This document shows, piece by piece, positions 52,002 to 64,000 of a stretch of 64,000 bases of DNA (position 1 is its first letter; each line of letters begins with the position of its first letter). The stretch is from Octopus vulgaris (Eukaryota). A model generated the notes under the pieces. It worked only from the letters and a program-made list of their open reading frames with translations, was not told the DNA's origin and made no database searches. A program made the translations under genes and the position numbers. Where the stretch lies: positions 112,592,001 to 112,656,000 of the forward strand of contig OX597823.1 in the NCBI GenBank assembly GCA_951406725.2. The letters run 5' to 3'.

Positions 52002-52920
52002 GTTCACCCTACAGAGTATGCATTTTTGCTGAATAAACATTGTACCTCTTACATGAGATTGTTTGAGTTGTTGAAAGGGAACCCAATTTGAAACCTTCAG
52101 TTGTGTGTGACATTAAAAAAACTGCACTCTGTGCTAAGGTTGTTGCTTTCATTTGACACGCAATCTGAAAAATTAGATTGAGTTTCATTTCTCTACATAA
52201 TACTGATGCAGACATTGCAATGACAGCAAAGAAGGTTGTTACTCTTGCATTTGTGCAAGGTTGACGAATATCTGGATGCACTTTGCCCCTGAGCTGCCTC
52301 AAGAATTTCAAACTTTATTCAGTTGGTTTGAAGAAACAAACCAACTGGTTGCCAAAACAGATGAGGAAGAGAAAGTGGAACCCCTCTATTTGTCCCCAAA
52401 ATATGCTGTCATTATCATATTTTAAACTTTAACCCTTTCATTACCAACCTGGCTGAAACCAGTTCTGGCCCTGTAGTACAAATGTCTTGTTTTCATAAGT
52501 TTTGAACTAAAATCTTCCACCAAACCTTAGTCACAATTTATGTTCCTAATACTAGCTGAATGATAACTAAGTTATTTTACTAAATTCTTTGTTATATTTA
52601 AAGTAATTGAAAGAAACACAGAGCATCTCAGCAGAAATATGGTAACAAAAGGGTTAAACAGGGAAAACCTCGCAGACAATCATTAATTACAATATGAACT
52701 TAGTATGCCACACTGTCTAACGATATGGAAATCAATAGAGGGTTCACATAGAATACTGAAAGGGAGAGATGTGTATTAATGAATACTTGTTAGCTCGATA
52801 TGAACTACCCCGGCAAAACTCGTAAAGTATAAAGATGCAGACAAGAATATATGAAACAGGAAATTTGAAGATATGGAATCTGTTGAGTTCCTGAAGTGTG
52901 TTGCTCATAATTACCCGATT
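52002..52920 (+). pseudogene. Decayed MULE (Mutator-like) transposase
   Basis: Frameshifted pieces in order: VHPTEYAFLLNKHCTSYMRLFELLK, GCCFHLTRNLK, DADIAMTAKKVVTLAFV, ELPQEFQTLFSWFEE, PLF, LQYELSMPHCLTIWKSIEG...KGRDV, KYKDADK, VEFLKCVAHNY. Not shown by the ORF track. Confidence 0.8.
52433..52653. mobile_element. piggyBac-type MITE inside the MULE fossil
   Basis: TTAA at 52429-52432 and 52654-52657; TIRs ccctttcattacc / ggtaacaaaaggg. Confidence 0.85.
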
Positions 52921-52984
52921 GAAAAAATGAATGAAGTAACCTTTATGGATAAAAAAAAAGGCATAGTAAAAATAACTTATCAAT

Positions 52985-53208
52985 CTGGCAGAAACGTCAG
53001 CATGCTGGGCAAAATGCTTTGTGGTATTTCGTGTGTCTTGACGTTCTGAGTTCAAATTCCACCGAGGTCGACTTTGCCTTTCATCCTTTCAGGGTCGATA
53101 AATTAAGTAACAGTTACGCACTGGGGTCGATATAATCGACTTAATCCGTTTGTCTGTCCTTGTTTGTCCTCTCTGTGTTTAGCCCCTTGTAGGTAGTAAA
53201 GAAATAGA
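52985..53208 (+). mobile_element. SINE family A
   Basis: Family consensus match. Confidence 0.82.
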
Positions 53209-53694
53209 TTTGAGTGTCATTATCTGATCAATGTTGGTTTTTCATCATCGGAGAACACTTCCACCCTTTAGACCAAGGGTTTTCAACCATTTTTTAACTA
53301 TGACACCTTTTGATTCCTATTCTATTCTACTGAACCCTCATAACTATTGCATTTTTATAATTAAATATTATTAGAAATTCTATAAAAATTAAATATTATT
53401 AGGCATTGTACAAAGTTTCTGAGCTAGAATATTTGGGAGTTCTCTACTCACTGGGGATATATATCAAGTGCAAAGCACACTAAACAACCAGCTGGAGGAG
53501 GCGTTCTCCTGGGGTTAAAATAGCAGTATTGTCTGTTCTTATAGAACAACCACATTTAGGTGGTGATAAGCATTACTTCTCAGTATAAATACTTCCTTTC
53601 TCTCTAATAGAGGTCTTCTTAATAAGTTAGTTTGTACAAAAAAAAAAGAAATTGTTAAAAATATTTTGCATATTGTACAAGTATAATCAATTTA

Positions 53695-54032
53695 TCTCTA
53701 TATATATATAAATGGCAAAATGTCTGTGTGTGTGTCCTTTATACAAATTTATAATTTTTCAGTTAGAGGGCTTGCACTTTCTATGGTCATTCAAAACCAT
53801 CTAAGGGTGGTTGTGCACATCTTTACATTTCCCCAGTCACCCCGCAAAGCCATTAAAAAATCAATAGAAGTGACTTTTTTGTGAATATTCTATCCAAAAC
53901 CCAATCAAAATGCCCGAAACTTGATACACCAATTGAATGCCAGTTAGCTGTATGTGATTGGTTGGGGATTTGGACAGTACTCGTGTGTATGTTCGCATGC
54001 ACGCAGCTGTATATGCCGGGTCATAGTGCTAG
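53695..54032 (+). mobile_element. Non-autonomous Helitron nested in an old hAT-like MITE (~53274-54106)
   Basis: A|TC start and gccggg...CTAG|T end; host ends caagggttttcaacc / agttgagaaccagtac. Confidence 0.72.
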
Positions 54033-54427
54033 TTGCATATAAACCCCAATGGCAAAATCATATACGGACCCTTAAAGGTCATATGAACCCTAGTTGAGAA
54101 CCAGTACTCTGAAAAATGTATGTTCATAATGTGAGGGACTTTGAGACATCATGGTGTTGTGGCTTCATTGCATTCTCCTCACTCAGGCTCAATTCCACTG
54201 ATCTGAGGAATCTGACGAGAGTGCAAACCCTTGTTCATAGAAATCTGCAAACAAATCATTTGCTGGATGCGTACAAAGCAGATAACAATTTATGGGGTGC
54301 ACACAAAAACAGCAAGGCCCTAAACAAAAGCCTATCGATTCATTCTCGGTGTGTTCTGGCAGGTTTGAAACGTGAATATCAGGTCGTCGTTGCTTTCCAT
54401 CATTGGAGAACACCTTCCTTTGTTGAA

Positions 54428-54751
54428 ACACACACACACACACTTTCTCTCTCTCTCACACACACACACACACTTTCTCTCTTTCTCTCTCTCACACACA
54501 CTCTCTCTTTTCTCTCTCTCTCTCACACACACACTCTCTCTTTCTCTCTCTCTCACACACACCCTCTTTCTCTCTCTCCTTCTCTCTCTCTCTCTCTCTC
54601 ACACACACACTCTTTCTCTCTCTCCCCTCTGTTTCTCTCTCTGTTTCTCTGTTTCTCTCTCTCTCTCTCCTTTCTCTCTCTCTTTCTCTCTCTCCTTCTC
54701 TCTCTCTCTCTTTCTCTCTCTCTCACACACACTCTCTTTCTCTCTCTCCTT

Positions 54752-54785
<34 letters not shown>

Positions 54786-54842
54786 CTCTCTCTCCCCTCT
54801 GTTTCTCTCTCTGTTTCTCTGTTTCTCTCTCTCCTTTCTCTC

Positions 54843-54893
<51 letters not shown>

Positions 54894-54911
54894 CTCTCTT
54901 TCTCTCTCTCC

Positions 54912-54945
<34 letters not shown>

Positions 54946-55010
54946 CTCTCTCTCCCCTCTGTTTCTCTCTCTGTTTCTCTGTTTCTCTCTCTCCTTTCTC
55001 TCTCTCTCTT

Positions 55011-55051
<41 letters not shown>

Positions 55052-55104
55052 TCTCTTTCTCTCTCTCCTCTCTGTTTCTCTCTCTGTTTCTCTGTTTCTC
55101 TCTC

Positions 55105-55163
<59 letters not shown>

Positions 55164-55345
55164 CCTTTCTCTCTCTCTTTCTCTCTCTCCTTCTCTCTCT
55201 CTCTCTCTCACACACACACTCTCTTTCTCTCTCTCCCCTCTGTTTCTCTCTCTGTTTCTCTGTTTCTCTCTCTCCTTTCTCTCTCTCTTTCTCTCTCTCC
55301 TTCTCTCTCTCTCTCTTTCTCTCTCTCTCACACACACACACACAC
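54428..55345. repeat. (CT)n/(CA)n compound repeat with a recurring higher-order unit
   Basis: Marker ctctgtttctctctctgtttctctgtttctctc recurs five times. Confidence 0.95.
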
Positions 55346-55465
55346 CTGCATGCACAAATACATCTATTTTTATGCACAGATTATACATCATCCACCCATC
55401 CATCATTGCTCTGCTTTTCAGCCTGTGGATCTTATCTCACCCTCACTCCTTCTCTCCTTCTCTCC

Positions 55466-55512
<47 letters not shown>

Positions 55513-55895
55513 TGTTTTTCTTTTGGAATTAATGGAATTGAGGGTTTGAGAATGCATGGATGGTGGGGTGGGTGGCATGAATCAAGAGTGAATTAGGGGT
55601 GGGGGGTGGGGGCTTGTGTTTGCTTTGGCAGATGAGAAGTTGGCACTGTGTGACGGGGGTGGGGGTGAGTTCTTGCTTGTATGTAGATGCCTATGGAAAT
55701 CTATGGATGTGTACAGGTATGGGTGTGGGTGTGTTTCATATATTTTGTGCATTTATATACATATCTATGTGAGTGTGCACACATATATATATATATTATA
55801 TGTGTGTGTGTGTATATATATATGCACACGCACTTATCATTATCATTGCTTAATGTCTGTCTCCCACACGTATATATGCGTATGTATGTGTATCT

Positions 55896-55927
<32 letters not shown>

Positions 55928-56166
55928 ATATAGATCTATATTTCTCTCTCTCTCTCTGTATATATATCTGTATTATATATATGGATGTGTGTATATGTAT
56001 ATATATATATATGTGTGTGTGTGTGTATGTATATGTGTGTCTATGTATGTGTATATATATATATATGTGTGTGTGTATATATGTATATATATTTGTATGT
56101 GTATATCTATATATATCTCAGTATATATATATATATATCTATTATATATATGGATGTGTGTGTGTG

Positions 56167-56224
<58 letters not shown>

Positions 56225-57334
56225 CACACACATACATACAGACAGACATGTATGTATACATTTATAATTATGTTCAGATGTTTGTGTGTATACATGTATT
56301 AGTGTTTATGTATCTCCCTATCTCTCTCTCTCCCTTCTCATGTGCATTGCGTGCATAGATAACACACACAGACACATGCACACATGTGCGTATGCACATG
56401 TGTGTGTGTATTTTTTTCTATTGTATGCGCTTATATGTGTGATATGCATGTGTATGTTTAATTGAGTCGATGTGAGTTGATAGCGTTGAGGAATATAATT
56501 GTACCCCGTGCACCCTGATAACGGCTTCTCCTACAAATTACTTTTATATGCTTTCAACAATCCACCCGTGCACCCTGCCACTGCGCAAGCCTACACTGTA
56601 CATTCATGCGCATGAATACACACACACACACACACACACACACCCACACACAAACATATATACTCGTACGCATACTCATTTGTTTTGTCATCAATGCTGC
56701 TTTGAACCCCTACATCTCTTCACAGGTTGGGGAGGGGATTTTAGATTTTTATTTCCTTCCACAACCTTCAGTTCTCAATCAGAAACGCACAATAGTCTTT
56801 GTAGTGTTGTTGTTGTTGCTGTTGTTGTTGTTGTTGCTGCAAGGGTATTGGTGTTGTAGAGGAGTTGTAGTTTTCCATTATTGTTATAGTTCTTATTGTT
56901 GTGGTATTGTTGTTTGTGGTTGTTATGGTTGCTGTGATGATGGTGTTGTGTTTTTGTTGTTGCTTTTTGATTTTTATCCTGATATTTTGTTGTTGTTGTT
57001 GTGTCACTTCTTCAAAGCTATTTTTCGTATTATCCGTGTAAATCAAGCGTCTCCTCTTCCATTTTCCCCAGCTTGCAGAAATTCCCATCCTCCTACTCGC
57101 ACTCTACTCAACCGCAAACCATCCCCCTGTTACCGAGGCAACAGAACACCTGTTCAGTCATCGGTGCCACTCCCATCCTCATCAGTGACGTTCTCTGCAT
57201 CATCTTCACTTCTTATCCCAAGTTTAAGAATTTAGTAGAGTTAAGAAGTGGTATGGATGTTTGAGTTTGGTCGGTGGGTTGGATTGTTCAGGTGTGTGTA
57301 GATGATGCCTTGCTTGTATGGGTGTGTACATGTA

Positions 57335-57690
57335 AAAAGGGTAAAGACCCCCTTCGGTCATGAATGACCATGGGATTGCACTTACAAAGCCTCACCCCCA
57401 CCCCGCAAGGCACAAGACCTGGCAAGGCTGTTTATGGAAGACCAGCAGTCACCCATGCATACCATTCACCCTTCTCCATGCCACCAATGTTATCCAAGGA
57501 AAAGGCAAAGGGGCCGATTCAGCTTGGAATCGGTCGTTTTACAACTCATTTCTACAGCTGAGTGAACTGGAGCAACGTGAAATAAAGTGTCTTGCTCAAG
57601 AACACAACATGCATCTTGGTCTGGGGATTGACCTCACGACCTCGTGATTGAGTGTGACGCTCTAACCACTGAGCTAATATGCCTTCAACG
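57335..57690 (-). mobile_element. tRNA-derived SINE family D
   Basis: Similarity to the 15110 and 51490 copies. Confidence 0.75.
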
Positions 57691-57781
57691 CTTGTAGGTA
57701 GTGGCTTGATTGTGTAGGTGAGCATGGATAGTGGGATGACTTTATGGTTGAGTATGGTCAGTGACTTGGTTGTGTGGGTCA

Positions 57782-58075
57782 AGTGTGGGTCATGGCTCGG
57801 TTGCATGGGTGTTGCTAGTGGGTATGGGTATGGATGAGTGCTAATTGTGGTTTGCTGTGTGGGTGAGTGTACGGATGTATGGATGAATGTCAGTTGTAGC
57901 TTGGCTGTGTGGATAAGTGTGGGTCATTGGTTTGGTTGCATGCGTGTTGCTAGTGGATATGGATGTATGGGTGAGTGCGAATTGTGGTTTGCTGTGTGGG
58001 TGAGTGTACGGATGTATGGATGAATGTCGGTTGTAGCTTGGCTGTATGATGAGTGTGGGTCATTGGTTTGGTTGT
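57782..58075. repeat. ~134-bp GT-rich tandem duplication (just over 2 copies)
   Basis: gtgtgggtcat...gttgtagcttggctgt repeated. Confidence 0.85.
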
Positions 58076-58357
58076 GTTGTGTTTGTTTACCCTATAGCCA
58101 TGTTTCTTGATTCAGTCCAACTGTGTGCTACCCTAGACATAAGTTGCCCCATAACTTATGAGTGACGTTTAAAATTTTATTGGTGTAAACTGTGCAAAAA
58201 TCTACTATTATAGGTAACCCAGGTCAAGGTGGTGCTCCATCATGGCCATTGTCTAATGACTGAAACAAGTAAAAAAAATAGGTAAAAGATACAGCCTAAG
58301 GCCCACCAAAACCTTGTGAGGGAATTTGATAGACTGAAACTGAAAGAATCCTGCAGT

Positions 58358-58396
<39 letters not shown>

Positions 58397-59451
58397 TACA
58401 CACATACATGTATGTGTGTGTCTATATCTATGAGAATTTTTACAAAACTATGCTGAGCTTAAAGCTACAGATTGTGATGTCACCAGTTCTAATCAGGCTG
58501 CAACTGGTGATACCTATTGACATTTTTTCTACCAACAAATTGTCCGCTAGTTCTCAGTTTTTAAATTCCTCTGGAAAACAAAAAGGAAAGGTTGCAAGAC
58601 GCAACGGAAATTCTAGGAAAATAAAAATAAGACAAAAGAGGAAATTTTACCAGTGAGTGTGTGTTACAATATAAGGCACAAAAAGAAAATGACTCTCCCC
58701 AGACACAACAACAACAACAAAAAAAAACTTTAAAAAAAAAAATAAAAAAAGACCCCCTTACTTGCAGAACCTGTAAAAGTTGGCAACAGGAAATGTATCT
58801 GGCCATAAAAATCCTTTTTCTGTTTCCTTTCATCTAAGAAATGCTATCCTAGAAAACAGAGAAAAAAAATCAATAATTGAATAATATTGATACAGGCACT
58901 GCTGAGGAAACTACTAATAAACTTACTTGTGCGTCTATCAAAAATGCCTTGTGGTTGTTATTCTATCCTAGTTACATAGCTCCCCTCTTGTCATTCGTTC
59001 CACTGTAAGTGTATTCAACTGTTATCAATGCTATTTGTCACAAAATCTATGATATAAGCTAAATAAATGGACAGGTTATCATGTATATCTAGTGAGGATT
59101 TGCCACCCACCTATCTTAGTAGTGATTAAATTTGGCCCTTAATTGCATGTTGTGGAGTGTTATTTCCTTGTACAAGAATGATAGGACTTGGAGCTTGTAT
59201 TAGCTCTAACAATGATTCATAAATTTTCATATTTTCACTAGGGTTGTGCTGTGTTCATAGCCAAGTTTTGGCCCTTATCCTTGAAGTAGTCCAGTCCAAA
59301 ATAACAATATTTCATTGCTCTAATCAGTAGTGGGAGTACTGTTCAATTGACTGGTGTTTCCTTAGCAAATAACAAACTGAATTTCATCTCTGGGCTCGGC
59401 TTATGAGAGAAGTTTTAAGGAGTTTCAGCTATGTGGTAGTAGTAACTATAT

Positions 59452-59871
59452 GTTTCTTTATTATCCACAAGGGGCTAAACATAGAGGGGACAAACAAGGA
59501 CAGACAAAGGGATTAAGTGGATTACATCGACCTCCTGTGCATAACTGGTACTTAATTTATCGACCCCGAAAGGATGAAAGGCAAAGTCGACCTCGGTGGA
59601 ATTTGAACTCAGAACGTAACGGCAGACGAAATACCTATTTCTTTACTACCCACAAGGGGCTAAACATAGAGGGGACAAACAAGGACAGACAAACGAATTA
59701 AGTCGATTATATCGACCCCCACTGCGTAACTGGTACTTAATTTATCGATCCCAAAAGGATGAAAGGCAAAGTCGACCTCGGCGGAATTTGAACTCAGAAC
59801 GTAATGGCAGACGAAATACTGCTAAGAATTTCACCCGGCGTGCTAACAGTTCTGCCAGCTCGCCACCTTAT
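59452..59871 (-). mobile_element. Dimeric SINE family A
   Basis: 15-bp TSD tagtagtaactatat (59437-59451, 59872-59886). Confidence 0.88.
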
Positions 59872-60079
59872 TAGTAGTAACTATATCACAGTGCCACTAA
59901 GTCATGTATAGGCTGTTAAGATTTATGACCAAGGCCTTCAGTGAGGTGCTACAGCATGACCACAGTTCAATGATTGATACTAATAAGCAGTAACAGATCA
60001 AAGTTACATGCTCTCATATACACTTAGTCATATACACTGTGCTTTGATATAATATATAGAGAGAGAGACTTATACATAC

Positions 60080-60455
60080 ATACTCTTTTACTTGTTTCAG
60101 TCATTTGACTATGGCCATGCTGGAGCACCGCCTTTAGTCAAGCAAATCGACCCCAGGACTTATTGTTTATAAGCCTAGTACTTATGCTGAACCGCTAAGT
60201 TACGGTTGTCAAGCGATGTTGGGGGGGGGGAGGGGAGCAAGCACAGATACACAAACACACACACACACATATATATATATACATATATACGACGGACTTC
60301 TTTCAGTTTCCATCCACCAAATCCACTCACAAGGCTTTGGTCGGCCCGAGGCTATAGTAGAAGACACTTGCCCAAGGTGCCACGCAGTGGGACTGAACCC
60401 AGAACCATGTGGTTCATAAGCAAGCTACTTACCACACAGCCACTCCTGCGCCTAC
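60080..60455 (-). mobile_element. SINE family B
   Basis: Family match with internal deletions. Confidence 0.8.
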
Positions 60456-61156
60456 ATATGTATACGTAAATTGTATTAATGTATTTCTACACACATCAAC
60501 CATTACATACTTACACTGCTAAACATATAACTCACGCACACATACGCATACGCACACACATAACTAGAGTCACTGAAGCGTACGCACACACACACATATA
60601 TGTAACTAGAGTCACTAAAGCTTACACACACACATGCATATGCAGAGACACACATATGTTAATGTACGCAATATCACACGTGTGCTTGTATTTTTAATTA
60701 TACTCAAATGCACACACACACACACACAGCGATTCATTTGCCCATAGCCACAGACACAACCACATTCATCATACAAAGTGACATACACACACACACATTA
60801 ACATCCATCTACAAACACTCTCACCTAACACCAACACACACACACACACCTGTACAGTTACAATTAGACACACAAACAGGAACCACCGCCACCATCTCCA
60901 CCGCTGCTGCTGCTGCTGCCATATTTTCCTCCTTGGAAATGCTCCGTAGTGTATTTAAGTGGAAGCAGATATACTCTGTTGCATGTGTCCACATGAGTGT
61001 ACGTGTATACGTGTGAATGTGTGTACGCACATAGGTGCACAGTACACGTGCACCGGTGTTATATTGCACTGACTTTAATTCACTTTTGTAAACATGTTTT
61101 CATGTGCATGCATCATTGTTTAAAAGGCTTTTATGGTTGTTGTTGTTGTTGTTACA

Positions 61157-61262
<106 letters not shown>

Positions 61263-61662
61263 ATGTTTTACTTTTGCTTTACATTTGTACAAGTTGGCTC
61301 CAAGTCTCACCCAGAGACCTCAAGAGACAACAGGTTGGAAGTTCATGTTGGTGTTATGTCTAGTGTGCCATATATTTGGTTTTGTACATAGTGTTGTTCT
61401 AGAGAATGCTTAAGAAACCATAAGAAAATTATGTTTGTTTTAAAACTTGAGATTACATAGAAAGTATTTTGCGTAGGATATGGGCACTTCCCATGAGCAC
61501 TATCTTTTGAATTTCTGCCATTCTGGGGTTTCCTGGTATCTGAGCTAGTTAGCAATCAGCCCCTTTTGCTATCATTCCCAGGGCAGCTATGACGACAGGT
61601 ATTGTTTTAGTCTTCAGGTTTCACATTTTGCTAATTTCTATTTCAAGATCTTTATATTATTA

Positions 61663-61715
<53 letters not shown>

Positions 61716-62267
61716 TAGCAGAATCCTTAGAGTGTTGGAAAACAAAAAAGGTTCTCTGGCATTAGCATTTGTTCCAGCTACTTACATCTTGAGTTCAAAT
61801 CCTATCAAGGCTAACTTTTGCCTTTCTTCTTTTCCTGATCAGTAAGTACCAGTCATGTACTGGAGTTGATGCTCTCTCCTAGATCCACCTTCATCCCCCT
61901 CCTCTTAGCATTGTTGGCCTTGTGTCTATCTCTTTGTGGTTGATAAATTAAATATCAGTCAAGCACTTGGGTTGATATAACCGACTTGCCCCTTCGATCC
62001 AAATTTCAGGCCTCGTCTGTTCTGAGTTCAAATTCTGCCATGGTCAACTTTGACTTTCATCTTTTCAGAGTTGGTAAAATAAGTACCAGTTGAACACTAG
62101 AGTCAGTGTAATTAACTTAACCCCTCTCCTAAAACTTCTGGCCTTGTGCCAAAATTTGAAATCATCATCATCATCATCATCATCGTCATTATTATTATCA
62201 TTATTATTATTATTATTTGTAGTACCTTCTGTATGTATTTCTTCTTGTAAAATATTTTGCATGTTGA

Positions 62268-62785
62268 CAGGCGTAGGAGTGGCTGTGTGGTAAGTAGCTT
62301 GCTTACGAACCACATGGTTTCGGGTTCAGTCCCACTGCATGGCACCTTGGGCAAGTGTCTTCTACTATAGCCTCATGCCGACCAAAGCCTTGTGAGTGGA
62401 TTTGGTAAAGGGAAACTGAAAGAAGCCCGTCGTATATATGTATAAATATATATATATATATGTATGTGTGTGTATATGTTTGTGTATCTGTGTTTGTCCC
62501 TCCAACATCGCTTGACGACCGATGCTGGTGTGTTTACGTCCTCGAAACTTAGCGGTTTAGCTAAAGAGGCTGATAGAATAAGTACTAGGCTTACAAAGAA
62601 TAAGTCCTGGGGTCGATTTGCTCGACTAAATGCGGTGCTCCAGCATGGCCACAGTCAAATGACTGAAACAAGTACAAGAGTATGTTTACTCTTTACTCTT
62701 TACTCTCTTTTACTTGTTTCAGTCAGTTGATTGCGGCCATGCTGGAGCACCGCCTTTAGTCGAGCAACTCGACCCCGGGACTTAT
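62268..62785. mobile_element. SINE family B (+, 62268-62682) tail-to-tail with a B 3' fragment (-, 62685-62785)
   Basis: Inverted copies of the 3' ~100 bp. Confidence 0.8.
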
Positions 62786-64000
62786 GTTTGTTATGTTTCT
62801 TTGTGTTTTTTTCGTATTCCCCTTTATTTTCTCCTTCTCTCTCTCTCTCTCTCCCTCTCTCTCTCTCTCTCCCAACAGTGTGCAAAACAAACGTACAGCG
62901 ATGCACATCAGAACACATCAATATCAGTGGGGGCGATGGGGTTAGGTTGCAGCGGGTGTCGTCGGTGGCAGTGCAATCACAAAGTGAAAGCCATTATTTG
63001 CCTTACGCATACATTGTAGTATATTTCCTACATTTTCCTGTCCTGGAATTACCTTTCTCATCCTGTAGATGCTGCTGGAGAAAAGCGGTCCACAATTCCT
63101 ACCATTCTTCCTCTCTAGGTTCCTCCCCCTCCCCCCGCCTCCCACTATGCTTCATTCTTCTACTTCGTTCCTTTGTTTTAGTATTTATATTCCTTGTCGT
63201 TGTTTTGTTCCATTATTCTATCTTCCCTTCCTGTTTTTTTTTATTATTTTTACTTCTCTTTGTTTCTCTGTTTTCATTTGTTTCTTCATGTTTTTCTTTG
63301 ATTTCTTTTTCTATTTTTTTTTTTTTTGTAATTAGTTTATATGTCAGTTTTTATTTCGTGCTTCGGTGGGTTGAATTGTTCTTCAAATATGTATATTTGT
63401 GCACAGGTCTGTGGTGCATGTGTGTCGAAGAGTGATTGGATGTCTAAACCTCACCTTGATGTAACCATTCATCTGTGAAATGAACAGAAGTGCAATTTAA
63501 TTGTTTTATACTATTTTCTTTATTTACTTTTTCTTTGTGTTCCTTTACTTCCTGTCTTCCCAGAATCTGCGCTGACTGAACTATTTTAATTTCCTTCATT
63601 GCTGTAGCACCTTTCAGCAGAGAACCATGGGCATCAGAAATTCCTGTTCCCTTTTTTGAAAAATAATCTAAAGCTTTATTGACTGTTAAACAATGTTAGT
63701 GCAAATTTGAGAGAAGGAAACAACAGCCTTTCTGGTGGCACTCACCAATAATATCATAATATTTGTAAGGAATCTCATTTTGTGGTTCTGTAGCTTCCTG
63801 GTATCCAGTCACTGGTTCACTGTAGATCATGTGGTGGAAATAACAAGGGAGTGTCAGTGCAACTTGGATGAAATAAATACCACAAGGTATTTGTGTTGCA
63901 TGTAATTCTTAATTGAGAATTGCCTTGCTGATATCCACACACACACACACGTTCTCTCTCTCTGTCTCTCACTCTCTCTCTGTCTGTCTGTCTCTCTCTA

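Noticed and set aside
51969-52387. 12-bp inverted repeat agaggggttcca / tggaacccctct as transposon TIRs
   Set aside because: The right copy lies within the MULE coding remnant and there is no TSD; probably chance.
54372-55549. Long Leu/Ser or Arg/Glu ORFs
   Set aside because: Translation of (CT)n/(CA)n repeats.

Overview
AT-rich, repeat-dense eukaryotic (animal) DNA. The SINE families and microsatellite load look like an Octopus/coleoid cephalopod genome; this is recognition, not a search result. The only host gene I can support is a + strand CAAP1-like gene (caspase activity and apoptosis inhibitor 1). Four phase-compatible coding exons lie at 1323-1460, 9203-9430, 11472-11556 and 31124-31189. 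I could not find its 3' exons, so much of the window is probably intron. The rest is at least four SINE-like families (several with clear TSDs), a decayed mariner, a decayed MULE transposase split by a piggyBac-type MITE, hAT/piggyBac/foldback MITEs, non-autonomous Helitrons, 3' fragments of RTE, CR1 and R4/Dong-type LINEs, and a 2.1 kb 38-bp satellite with a 16-monomer higher-order repeat. The most interesting signals are: (1) three unrelated short elements each carrying a minimal hammerhead-ribozyme-like motif, one fused to a tRNA-derived Pol III head with an inverted 5' end; (2) a triplicated non-coding module with a conserved TCAAGGTCA+TTAATTAA core forming a large inverted repeat; (3) a possible nested antisense transcript with an NRF1/ETS promoter signature; (4) SINE dimers sharing one fixed junction. 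Almost all ORFs in the supplied track are microsatellite artefacts.
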